From: Octopus bimaculoides
Lineage: Eukaryota
Direction: 5' to 3'
Length of the DNA: 64,000 nucleotides
NCBI RefSeq assembly: GCF_001194135.2
Contig: NC_068983.1
Location: forward strand, 36,954,807-37,018,806
Shown: positions 12,584 through 24,300 of the stretch, in pieces
Numbering within the stretch: the first letter of the stretch is position 1
Layout of the letters: each line of letters opens with the position of its first letter
Program-made: the position numbers and the translations under genes
Notes under the pieces: generated by a model
What the model was told of the DNA's origin: nothing
Database searches by the model: none
Seen by the model: the letters and a program-made list of their open reading frames with translations, nothing else

Positions 12584-12724
12584 TATATCCGCTGCATCGG
12601 AAATCTGCAATGGCTCCATAACTACCGTCTCGGTTATAACCTTGGAGCCCTAGTAATCCGTTACAGCACTTCCCTAGCGTACCTAATCGTTTAGATCATT
12701 TGTGAACTAAACCCCCACACTTTG

Positions 12725-12773
<49 letters not shown>

Positions 12774-15670
12774 GACGGGTCTCTTTCAGTTTCTGTCTTC
12801 CAAATCCACTCTCAACGCTTTGGTCTGTCCAAAGCTATAGTTGAAGTCTCTTGCCGAAGATGCCATGCAGTGGGACTGAACCTGGAACCTTGTGGTTAGA
12901 AAGCAAGCTTCTTATCACACAGCCACACCGTTTTTTTTAATGTTAATGGCGCTCGACAAAAGGAGAGAAAAAGTCGTTCTTTTTTCCTTCCAGCTTTGAT
13001 AATTTCTCCTACTTTGCAGCAAAGCTGAAAGTTAATTTTTCAAATATCAGTGGTTTTATCTTGAGATGAAAAAAATAGCTTTGATGATGCTTTTTTTCAC
13101 CTTAAATAACAAGTTATTTCAGGATTCTCTTAGTAGTGAACCGTAAGAGATTAAACTGGTCTCTTGCTATTTTAGGTTAGATGAGAAAGAATATTAATGT
13201 TTTCGTTAATTATAACATTTAAGATAAGACATGTTTGTGCGTGAGAGAGGAAGGTGGGGAGAGAGACAGAGAGAGAAAGAGAGAGAGAGTTGACATTAGT
13301 CTTTAGACATTATTCCACGGAAGATATGGACGTGTGGCCTGCTCCGGTCATAAATAGCCACAAAAGCACACAATGACGATGAATTTATTAAAAATCTCAG
13401 TGTAAGAGAACATTGGGATACCTGTTTATAAATGTAGTATGATTCAGTAAACCTAAGATAGCAGCCGGAGAGAGGGACAGATAGATAAAGAGAGAGAGAG
13501 TGTGTATGTGTGTACTAAAAAGTGGTAGATTCTATAATTCACCTCAATATCTACGGTCAGTTAAATTAGTTGATTCCTTTCGTTCGCAATATTGTCTTTA
13601 TATTCTGACACAAGAAAGCAATAACAAACAAACAAAAGGATACAGCCAAAGAAAACGGCAAAGAAATTAGTGTATACAAGAGGAGAAGTATACAGGATTA
13701 TGTCCATGTTTAATAAACATATACTTCGTCTCACTGCCAAATTAGACCTCGTGTTTAAATCGCAAGGCTTTCAGCAGCTTGGAATGAATATCGAACTATC
13801 TAGTTTCGTCTTTCTTAAAGCTCATCAGAGATCGCTTACCTTTGCTTTCCAAAATGCTGGCAGAAAGTGCCGATGAACTGGTTATTAAATATACAAACAA
13901 TATTGTGAATTGCATGACTGATTTATATGGTGGTACTTTAATAACTAGAGTACCAAATACAGCGTAGGTTATGAATTCATATGAAGTCGTGTATTGATGT
14001 GTTTAATAAGTATGGTGTTCAATACCTGAATATAGGTGTGTGGGTGAGCATCTCTTAAAGAACTGAGATTATTTCAAATTGAAGCAATTTCACATAATTC
14101 ATTCAAATAAATGTGAAAGGTATGAACGTCTTCTAACATACCCATCCAATGAAACCAAAAGGGTTGTTGGTGATTTAACAATAATACAACAGCTACACAT
14201 TGGCCCACGTCTTTTGACAGCACCAGATAATACAGCCACGCTTGAACACCAAACAAATCCATTATTAAATATTTCCATGTTCAGCCACTCAAAAACTGCA
14301 CAAGGAAGAGAGGAATATAAAATACAAGTTTTATGTTTTCTACTCCCACCATTTCCTTGACTCATTCCTTCTATCAAACACTCGAAACATAATAGGGAAA
14401 ATCTAAATGCTCATAAAGTTTCAGAGCCTAAAACATCTAATTGTGATGAGTATTTCTTAACCATTCGGCCATGCCACGAAATAGACTTCAACTGGAATCG
14501 GAAACGCTGTTACAGTCTCAGTTGTCCCGCTGAAAAGATGTCAAATACTTTCTTTGGTACGAAACACAAAACGGAATGCTGTGATTTTCATGACTTTCCA
14601 AAATGCATTCTTGGCATATTTGATGCGAATTGAATTTATCTGTAATTCAAAATGGCATCGCGGTCGCGGTGGTCAGAAGTTTAACCTTAAATTAGATATT
14701 GTCCTTAGCTAATAAAATATAACCAGTAACTCTGGTAACGGCGACTGAGCAGTCCAATCTGAGCGATGCTTTTATAATGACAGCACATTTGGGTTGTTTT
14801 ATAAGCCTATATCTGGGTGGGGAGGGCAACGGCAGGGGTGAGGTGGGGGTTGAAACAAACCCATTGGCTGCCTCGGGTGGCACACACTATAGCAACACCA
14901 CTGAGTAAATCCCGTGGAAATTTCGCCTCTCATAAATGTCCTTATATCAGGTATATGCAAATGAGGCAGTTGTTTCTTAAAATAGCGATTTATGTATCAT
15001 ACTTAATGTATATACACAGTTGATAAACCAGTTACTGCAGTATTTATCCTGAGATAACATCTCTTATAATGATGCAACGTTAAAAGTACAATAAATATAA
15101 GAGGAAGACGAAAATTCATCCCAGCATCGGCCAGGCAGAGAACCAGGTACATTTCGGCATTTTTGGACCTTTTCGATTTTTGTCTTCTTCTGACATTTAC
15201 TGTATTTTTGACATAACACGTCCATAAGGTATCTTACATCAGAACAAATACTGATATGTATACATTAAATATGATACGTGGATGGTTATCCTTTTTGTGG
15301 ATGTTCACAGCACTGTTTTATTATGATAAAAATTCCGATTGTATCTTTGATTTTCTTCCGTAGTAAGGATTGTTAAAATTGCAACACTTTTATCTGCTGG
15401 GGAAAGAGCGAATCCCATGCAAGCCCTCTCTGGGTCAATGAGCTTGATATTGTTAATGTTGTGTTTAAAATTTCAAGTCAATATCGACAAAAAAAAAAGA
15501 CATGAAGGAAAATTCCTGGTGTTCTGTAGAAGAAGAATTAGCAATAGTAATCGGCACGATACAAAGGCTGGGGGTGTTGGACGGGACAAGGGTGACGAGA
15601 GATGGAAAGACGAGTGGGTCAGAATACGTGAGCGTGGAGATACGTGGCCAGCCAGTTCTAAAGGAACAAA

Positions 15671-16362
15671 GGATCTTGTTCAAAACGGGGGCATCAGTTT
15701 TCATTTATGTTTTATGTAGTGTTTTTGGTACCGAAAGACTTTCAAACTTCGTATACTTATCTATTTTGTGTTATAGAACAGAAAAAAAATTTTGTATTCG
15801 GATTTATTTCATGTAAAAAATTGTCTTATTTCGATAATTTCAACCAATCACTGACAAGTATTCGGCTGTTGACACTTACTCCTTTGGCAGTTTAAGCGGT
15901 TCCTTTGGCAGTTTAAGCGGTGTAAAGCGTATTTAGTCTCCATTACTTCTGACATTTTGCAGAGAGGCAACACACGTGTGTTCGTTTTCCCTAACCCTAA
16001 CCCTAACCCTAACTGACTTGCTCCTTCCCTCAAAAACCATGCCGTGTGCCTATAATAGAAAGGTTTATTAGCTACTGCCAATATGCTTCAGCCATTTTTT
16101 GACAAGGAAATAATAATTTTATCACCGCCGAGAATCGTTTGTTTACATAGTCAGCACTTAATTTTTACGGCTGAATGGACGTCAGTCATTGGTTGAAATT
16201 ACAGAAATACGACAACTTTAACATGAAATAACTTGCGATGTACGTTTTTTTGTTAAGAAGACTAAGAGAAAAAGATGTTTTATATGACACATTGTACTAG
16301 TGTCCCAAGTTTCAAAGTGTTTCGTTAAGAAAATACTGGTGCCCCCGTTTTGAACAAGATCC
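15671..16362. mobile_element. 692-bp non-autonomous DNA transposon with 28-bp TIRs and 8-bp TSD
   Basis: TIR GGATCTTGTTCAAAACGGGGGCA(T/C)CAGT, TSD GGAACAAA (15663-15670, 16363-16370), a second inner inverted repeat of ~65 bp, internal (CCCTAA)4 and a 21-bp tandem duplication. Confidence 0.85.
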
Positions 16363-16601
16363 GGAACAAAAGCCATTATAGCAGCGATAAAAAAAATATT
16401 TAAAAAAAAAACAATGAAAACACGTTTCACTGTGTAAAAAATTTCAATTATGTCTCTGATGTCATTCCATAGTTAAGTTTGTGTAACACTCGAACAAATG
16501 CAGTGACAGGCCGAATAATATCGTAGATGATTATTCATGTTGGCTCTTTAGGACAAAATTAAACTTTAGGACAGAATTAAACTGACGGGAATTGATCCAT
16601 A

Positions 16602-17214
16602 TATTATTATTATTATTATTGTTGTTGTTGTTGTCTTTGCACAGTTTCTAACGCTGGAGCTGTACTACGGTGTCAGCTGTTCACTACCAGTGAACTAACG
16701 TAACACTCATTTATCTATGTCTATGTCACATCTCAGCTCCATCCTGCAGCTTTGAGACGCAACACTTTCCTCAACACATGAGTTGTTCCATATATTGCTG
16801 CCATCTGAACACTTCCTGAAAAGTTTGATATTTGCAGCTTTTGATGCCAGAGTATTGCTCACTTTGAGATGGTCCCAAATGCACCGATCACAATAGGTAC
16901 CACATTCACTTTTGAGGCGCTATAGATTCTTTTCACTTCCAATTCTAGGTCTTGATGCTTCCCGACTTTTCCATCCTCTGTCATGGCAGGGTTTTGGTCC
17001 GCAGATATAGCTACGTCGATGCAGGTCCATTCTGTGAACTCCTTCCGTAAGAGAGAGTTGGTTATGTTGTAGCTTCTTGTCTGTGTATATTGGTATATCC
17101 CAAGTGAGTTTCACCTGATCATTCTCTGCCACTGGCGAAGGTTGGTGCCCATACCACTTTCTGGAACATTCTAACCCATACTTCTTGCACAATTCCCAGT
17201 GTATTTATCATGGC
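16602..17214 (-). mobile_element. 3' fragment of an R4/Dong-like non-LTR retrotransposon (restriction-like endonuclease domain) with (CAA)n(TAA)n tail
   Basis: RHD...HWELCKKYGLECSRKWYGHQPSPVAENDQVKLTWDIPIYTDKKLQHN...CIDVAI...VVPIVIGAFGTI; frameshifted. Confidence 0.75.
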
Positions 17215-17265
17215 ATTTTTTTTTACTCCAATTGGGTTAGTTTTGAGCATCAACTAATTATGTCT

Positions 17266-17266
<1 letters not shown>

Positions 17267-17325
<59 letters not shown>
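17267..17325. repeat. (CAT)n microsatellite
   Basis: Direct reading. Other long microsatellites: (GAT)n ~5797-5838, (AT)n ~12730-12772, (TAA)n ~28910-28951, (ATT)n ~29980-30019, (GT)n ~50750-50780. Confidence 0.95.
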
Positions 17326-17326
<1 letters not shown>

Positions 17327-18131
17327 ACAACAAGGCGACGAGCTGGCAGAAACGTTAGCACGTCGGTCAAACTGCTTAGCGACATTTCTCCGTCTTTACG
17401 TTCTGCGTTCAAATTCCGCTGAGGTCGACTTCGCCTTTCATCCTGTCGGGGTCAATAAATTAAGTACCAATGGAACACTGGGGTCGATGTACTCGACTAG
17501 TCCTTTCCCCAAAAATTTCAGGCTTTGTGCCTATAGTAGAAAAGATGATTATTATTATTATTATTATTAAATCGTTAGCACGCCGGACAAAATGCTTAGC
17601 GGCATTTCGACTGTCTACATTCTGAGTTCAATATCCGCCGAGGTCGACTTTGTCTTGTATCCTTGCGGGGTCGATTAAATAATTACCAGTTGAGTAGCAT
17701 TTGTGCCAAAATTTGAAACCATCAAGAAGTATTTGAACAACGTTCAGCTCCACCAAAGAAAACTAAAAAGCGAAATACAGACCCTGCTGGAATTTGAACT
17801 TAGAATGCAAAAATGATATAGCTGAACGCAGCACTGCCTATTGTTCGATAGTCTTATGTTACTGACGACTACCAACATTTATCACGACAGCTAAAATAGT
17901 AGAAAAAAAAGTGAAGCATTTGTTACAGATGTTCAGGCGTCTTGTAATTTTAGTCTTATTTTAGATGACTTATTCCTAGAGTGATTACTAATTGATTAGA
18001 CTTAAATAGAAACAATGTATGTATGTATGTATGTACGTACGTATGTATCTGATGAAGACAAAGGAAGCGACTGACAAATAGTACTTTCTTTTTATGGCAT
18101 GTCAACGCATTAAACAAGAATAGCTGTGCAG

Positions 18132-18225
18132 GTAAGGAAGCGATTAACTCAGAATTACAGGACACGTGACTATGTCGAATGAGTGAAACCTTTTTAAAGA
18201 GTCGCTTGTAAATAAACTTCAACAG
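18132..18225 (+). other. Candidate 94-nt intron in the 5' UTR of the Ly6-like gene
   Basis: Donor CAG|GTAAGG at 18132 and acceptor cttcaacAG ending at 18225, 31 nt before the ATG. Confidence 0.45.
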
Positions 18226-18256
18226 ATTAACAACAAACAAGCTGACAGATACAAGC

Positions 18257-18317
18257 ATGGAGGTTTCGTGTGTGAATTTGATTTTTGCTGCTATTGTCAC
18301 ATTATGTCTTCCACAAG
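18257..18317 (+). CDS. Ly6-like gene, coding exon 1 (signal peptide MEVSCVNLIFAAIVTLCLPQ-G)
   Basis: aagcATGG start, hydrophobic core, donor CAAG|GTAAGC in phase 1 matching the exon-2 acceptor phase. Confidence 0.75.
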
Positions 18318-21300
18318 GTAAGCTTTAGAAATACAAGTTATTAGTTTCACTTCGCAGTTAACAACTATATTATTTAACCGGTACTTATGGGGTTTGTGAG
18401 TGCTTTATTGCTTTTTATAACTAGTGATTTGTATGGAAGCCCATAGTTTTTTTTTTGTTTTTCTTTTGTTATGCATTAATTACTCTAGCCTTAAAAAAAA
18501 ACTTTTAATCAGGGTAAAGGCACTGTCCATGACCCCTTACAGGTCTACGAGACTAATGTGCGATGGGAAAAGGTATTCCTGAACCGGAGACCTTAGTTGG
18601 AATGTTAGCAGTAGAATGAAATTCACTGAAGGGACCCTAGAACTAGATAGGTCGTTAAACCAGGTGATTGATTAAGGCTACCACTGGAAGATGTGACAAG
18701 ATTTGAACTCAGAACGCAAACAACTAGGGCAGTTACCGCAAGATATCCGACCCGACGCTTTTATAGCTCTACCAATCCACCGTCCTCAGTTGGTACTTTT
18801 CTTTTTGTTGCTTTTTTTTATCGATCCCGAAAATGAAGTTCATCCCGGCAGTATTAGGATCCAGAGCACAGCGAATCGAAGCAAATACCGCAATGCACTC
18901 GCCCTTTCCGACGCCCTAATAATTCTACCTATCCGTCGCATAAAAGATAACATTAAAAAGGAATTATTTAATTTACAAAATATTTGTAATTTCAAGTCCT
19001 AAGAGGTTGTTCCCCTTTGGGGGCTGGGTATAAGCATTGTCTTAATTTTAAAGTCCAAACTAATAAATTATTTTTAAAAAATGATATTCAAACTTCCGAA
19101 CTTTTTAGTGAAGTTTTCTGCAAAGTTTATTTAAATTGAAATCTACATTTTAGTACTTGGAGTATTTTGTTTTTGTAAGGTAACTATCTTCAGATATTAT
19201 ATACCTTGTAATTTACGTGAAGTTTATACGTTTCGTAACCATACGACTAAAGTGAATTGTTTCCGACTGGAAATCGAAACCTCTTATTCTAAGGTCACTT
19301 ACAACACTCTAGATTGGAGATACTGCGTGTATAATGATATTTAAGATTCTCCGAGGTAAACTGATATAGTTATTTTCTAGAGAACCAATGCAGCGTGAGT
19401 TATGAATGAATAAACAGGCACTTATTTATATGTATTTTATCCCGTAAAATTTGATCCCATAACGGATTTTTAGGTAGCCTGGAATGTGAATCGAACCAAC
19501 CAGTTTCGTTGTCATTCTAAAACAACTTAGCAGGCTTCACTCACCTCTCCCTCCCAAACTACCGACGATGATAGACGAAAGCAACTTACACAACTCATTT
19601 ATAGAAAGGTTGACGACCCAGAAATAATTACTAGTTGTTATATAGCTCTGGGGTCAATCCTGAATCAACAGACCTTATGATCAATGGTATTTTAGCCATA
19701 ATCAACCCGTACCTTTTTTTCCTTTTTTTTTGGGGGGGGGGTATATAGAACTACATTATCTAATGCAGTGGTTCTCAACCGGGTTCCGTATGGCCCTTGT
19801 GGAGTAGGGATCCAAATAAGATTTTGTTGTTAAAATTTATCTGTAATTTTTTCTTTTTATCGAGGCATCATCCAGTCAGGCTGATTGCCCGGGCCAGTCT
19901 GACTACCTCTCTCTGTCTCTCCCGATCTTCCATTAGTGTTTTTATGTCTTCAACTTAGCATCCAACATCTTCTGCAACCTGTTGTATATACGTCTTCCGT
20001 GGTCTTCCAACCGCTGTGGTACCATGATTTGGTGTCCACAGCAACACACATTACTCACAAGTTCTTTACTTCTCCAGCAGTGGACAGCAAACCTCAATCT
20101 CTGCTCTTGGATGGTTACTGCAGATAATCTCCAAGAGCGAAGATTATCTGCAATAAACTTATTATTTCTACAAGTCACAAAATGTTTTAACACTTTTTTA
20201 ATACAATACCTTAATGTTTAATTATAAAAATATGTGATTTTTTTAAAACATGGAATGGCTAGAGGGTCCATCGGAGTAAAATAAGAACCAAAGGGATCCG
20301 TAGGTTTTAAAAAATGGTTGAGAGAAACCGATTTAATGTGTATTCTTTCCTTGTTGAGACAATGCCGTATTTCTAAGGGAGATTTGTTTGCTATTTCTAG
20401 CAGATCAAAATAATACATCGTTAATAAATGCAGTCCTATCACACTGGGCAATATTATGCTTACTTCACTCTTCAGTCAATAGAAAACTGACGATTCTAAC
20501 CTTCTGGTACACACCATTTGTGATTCAAACATTATTGATTAAGTTAATAAACGCTAGTTGCAGGCACAACCGAAAGTGAATGAATCTATATATACAAAAC
20601 CTAGATAGGTAGCTATCTTATTTGGTTGTCAGTTATATGATCCAGTAAAATTTTAGTTTATATTTTTTGTTTCTCGAAACTAATTTGTATATATGTTTTG
20701 ACGATCGACTTTATGGGAAACACAAAAGTTCGATTGGTGTTGAGCTTATTTCGAAATTCCTTGTTCCAGACAGTGTTGCCCAAACGATTCAAGTCTTTGC
20801 TTTATGTAAATGCCCTTCTCTCTCTTCCGCTGCTTTTTTTCTTCTTTTCTTCTTTCATGCATGAACACAATGTGGGTGTCAAGACTAGGAGTGATGAATG
20901 AGCTGGAAGTATCTGAGTAATGGTGTTACGAAAACAGACAGGTCTCGGCATAGCAAGAGTGTACTGCTCGGAGCAACCCTTGAGTTTGCCGGCCCCAGGC
21001 TTATATAACTGACCCAAAAATATTGCCTGGGGCGAACCCTCCCTCTTGCTCTGCCTAGCTACTCTACTATTGAGAGCAGAGGCTAGGCCTGAATCTGTAT
21101 TAGGATTTGGTGAAGGAGATGTGTGAAGGGCCGACCCTAGGGTTACTGGCACCCTGGGAAAGCTAAACTTCGGCGTGTACAAGCTGACGGTCGTGGAAAT
21201 TTCCTTGTCTTTGTCTCGCCCTCCTTGGCGTCCCCTAGCACATGGCGCCCCAGGCGATTGCCCGAGTTGTGTGGATTTGTGATGTAAAGGATTGGTCTTT

Positions 21301-24300
21301 ACAGAATTTTCTAGAGTCTACACAGGAAGCCAATGTGTCTTACATGATGTTAGCTCATTTTGGATTTTGTTGAACTTTAAAATTGCTTCAATTTTCTCCA
21401 GTTTCCAGTTCCTGTTGCTATGAGTAGTTGTAGATGTTGGTGAGTGCAATATTTTCCTCATATGACCATCCTTGTGATGCAGTCTTTGTTTAATTGAGTA
21501 TGTGTGTTCACTGGGAAAGAGCCTCCATGATGTTGACGCTTAACATTCGTAGCTATCTTCATGGTTTTAGTGGTGTACTGTCTAAATTTAACGGGATGAC
21601 TCATCGTCATCATCATCATTGTTTAACGTCCGCTTTCCATGCTAGCATGGGTTGGACGATTTTATTGAGGACTGGTGAACCAGATGGCTACACCATGCTC
21701 CAATCTGATCTGGCAGAGTTTCTACAGCTGGATGCCCTTCCTAACGCCAACCACTCCGAGAGTGTAGTGGGTGCTTTTACGTGCCACCGGCACGAAGGCC
21801 AGTCAGGCCACGCTCAAAATGGTGTATTTTACGTCCCACCTGCACAGGAGCTAGTCCAGCGGCATTGGCAACGATCTCACTCGAATGCCTTTACACGTGC
21901 CACCGGCACAAGTGCTAGGAAGGCGACGCTGGGCACAGGTGCCGTCACGATTTCGCTTTCGCTTGCCCCAACAGGTCTTCACAAGCCGAGTTTCGTATCC
22001 AATGGAGGAGACGACTGAATGGGATTATTATTATTTTTTTAATCTGCTTTCGTTTCTCTATATTAATTATCCATTTCATGGATCAGTGCATATCCAATAA
22101 TATTTATCTTTACTCTCCAAGCACTGAAAAATATATATTTCTATCAGTACCACTTTGGGAATTATAAGCATTCGACAAGGAAATTATATTTTCTATAAAT
22201 TGATTTCTTCTATAGGAAATTTTGGATGCTCCAAAATATATTTTTATTTTATTTTAGTTTTATCCAGTCATTAACTTTCTAAGTGACTCAACTCTATGAA
22301 ACGAGATTCTTTCAATTGGGTCGAAACCAATTCTATCCAAAAGGTAGTACTATTCTCAATGGTGCTCGTCTACTTTCCAGTTTTAGACAAAATATTTTAC
22401 CATGAAAGCTAATTCTAATCTTGTACCAAGAATATTGCCTAACGGATCTTAAATGGCAACGGAGAATTCATTTATAACAAATGAAGTTTCTTTTTATTCA
22501 CAGAAATTAGTTGAACAGTTCATGCGTAATTGTATGCACATATTTCAAAGTTAAACATAGTGTATTTAGACAGTAACTTAGGTATTCGTCCTACATTCCT
22601 TGCAAAGTATTGTTGTTAAATTCGCTTTTCTTTCATAGCATTTTAGCAATGCTTTTATTTCCCTTCTTAATGTACAGAGCGGGTGGTGGATGGTGGAATC
22701 AGCGCGTCAGGAATCTTGCAGTATTAAAATCTCTTATTATGTTTGTGTTCAAATCCCACCATGATAACAAATGTAGTTAAAGCATAATCGGCTGTGACCC
22801 AGAGGCTCCATCATTTTTCATAAGCAACTGCGTGAAGAAAATCGGTTGCTGACATTGTCACCAAACTTAAACATCATGTCGATATAGTAGAGTCATTAAT
22901 ACATTACTTTATCGACTCTACAGACACCAAAACCGAAGTTTTCATTGCAGGCTTTCTTTTTCCCTTTTTCTTTTTGTTTGTTTATTTATTTCCCCCTTTT
23001 CATTATATTCATGTCCTTAACGGCAAGCTGGCAGAGTTCTTAGCACACCGCGAAAAACGAGAAGCGGCATTCCGTCTGTCTCTACGTTCTGCATTCAAAT
23101 TCCTTTGAAGTCGACTTTGCATTTCATCCTTTCGGAATCGATGAAATAAATACCAGTTTAGCATTAGGCCAATGTAATCGAACAAACTCGTCCTCATAAA
23201 TTCCAGGACTTGTTCCTATGGTAGAAAGGATTATGTTTTTTTTTATTGCCTTGTAGAAGCGTTAACGTGTAGGACAAAATATTTAGTGACATTTCTTCTG
23301 ATTCTTTACGTATTGGGTTCCAGTTCTACCCACCGAGATCGACTTTGCCTTTCACCCTTTCGGAGTCGTGAGCACCAGTTGAACATTGGGGTCGATATAA
23401 TTGACCTATTCCCCACCTTAAAGTTGCTGGCCTTGTGCCAAAATTTGAAACTTATTTTTATGTTCCCTCCATCACATATGGTGACACATCTAAATTTATA
23501 ATATGAACGAGATTTTTAACTCGCAACCCCAAGTCATATCTCGTACTCAGCGTAATACATTTGTACAATTAACCAAAGTACGGTTCATTTAATAATTTCT
23601 CTATCAGCAAATATCATTCTTGAAGGCACTATGCTAACTACCAACAAACGAGCCTTTGTTGACCTGCTAGAAATAACTGCTACCTAAATCTCCCTTAAAA
23701 CACGTCCTACCTTCACTGTTGCGTCTAAACCGTGCGCTTGTGTACATGTACACGTTTTACAATTAAAGGAAAAAATGTGCATACATAAAGTTTTCAAGAT
23801 GAAATCAGATTTTTGGAAAAGAAGAAACCTGAGCGCTGGTAACTCGTATGAATGCGTATTATACTTAGTGGGAAACTTTGCTCACAATACAAATTTTTGC
23901 GCAAATCGCAGCAAAAATTTAGTTGGAACCTTACCTAACGTCTTAAATAAGGAAAATGACATTGGTTGTATAATCGTGAATAATCCTAAAAAATATGCGA
24001 TATCGTGATTGGATTACCGTTGATCATAGGTCTGCAAAGTCTTGGCTGACCAAGGCTAAAAAATTATGAATCATAATCCCGCTGTTGGAATTATAAAAAT
24101 GCAGACAAGAATGTATTGTTGCCCTGAGGCTAATCGGAGAATTTTAAAAACAAGACATTGCTAAATAGCGGATGTTACTAAAACAGAAAAGTCCCGCAAG
24201 TTATAAGAATATAACCGCCAAATAATTTTATTTATATTATCTTGTTCTGAAACTGTATCACTAAGATTAATTAATCATTGATATTAATCAAAAATGCGCA

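Noticed and set aside
15989-16012. Interstitial telomere or chromosome-fusion scar
   Set aside because: Only four units in one orientation, located inside a transposon with TIRs and a TSD.
17956-18300. 114-aa minus-strand ORF
   Set aside because: Antisense to the Ly6 signal exon and runs through a TATG microsatellite; no protein-like features.
21494-22018. 174-aa ORF, and similar ORFs at 43623-44123 and 37562-37936
   Set aside because: Chance read-through of family-A SINE copies (the [11 protein letters not shown] motif is the repeated SINE core).
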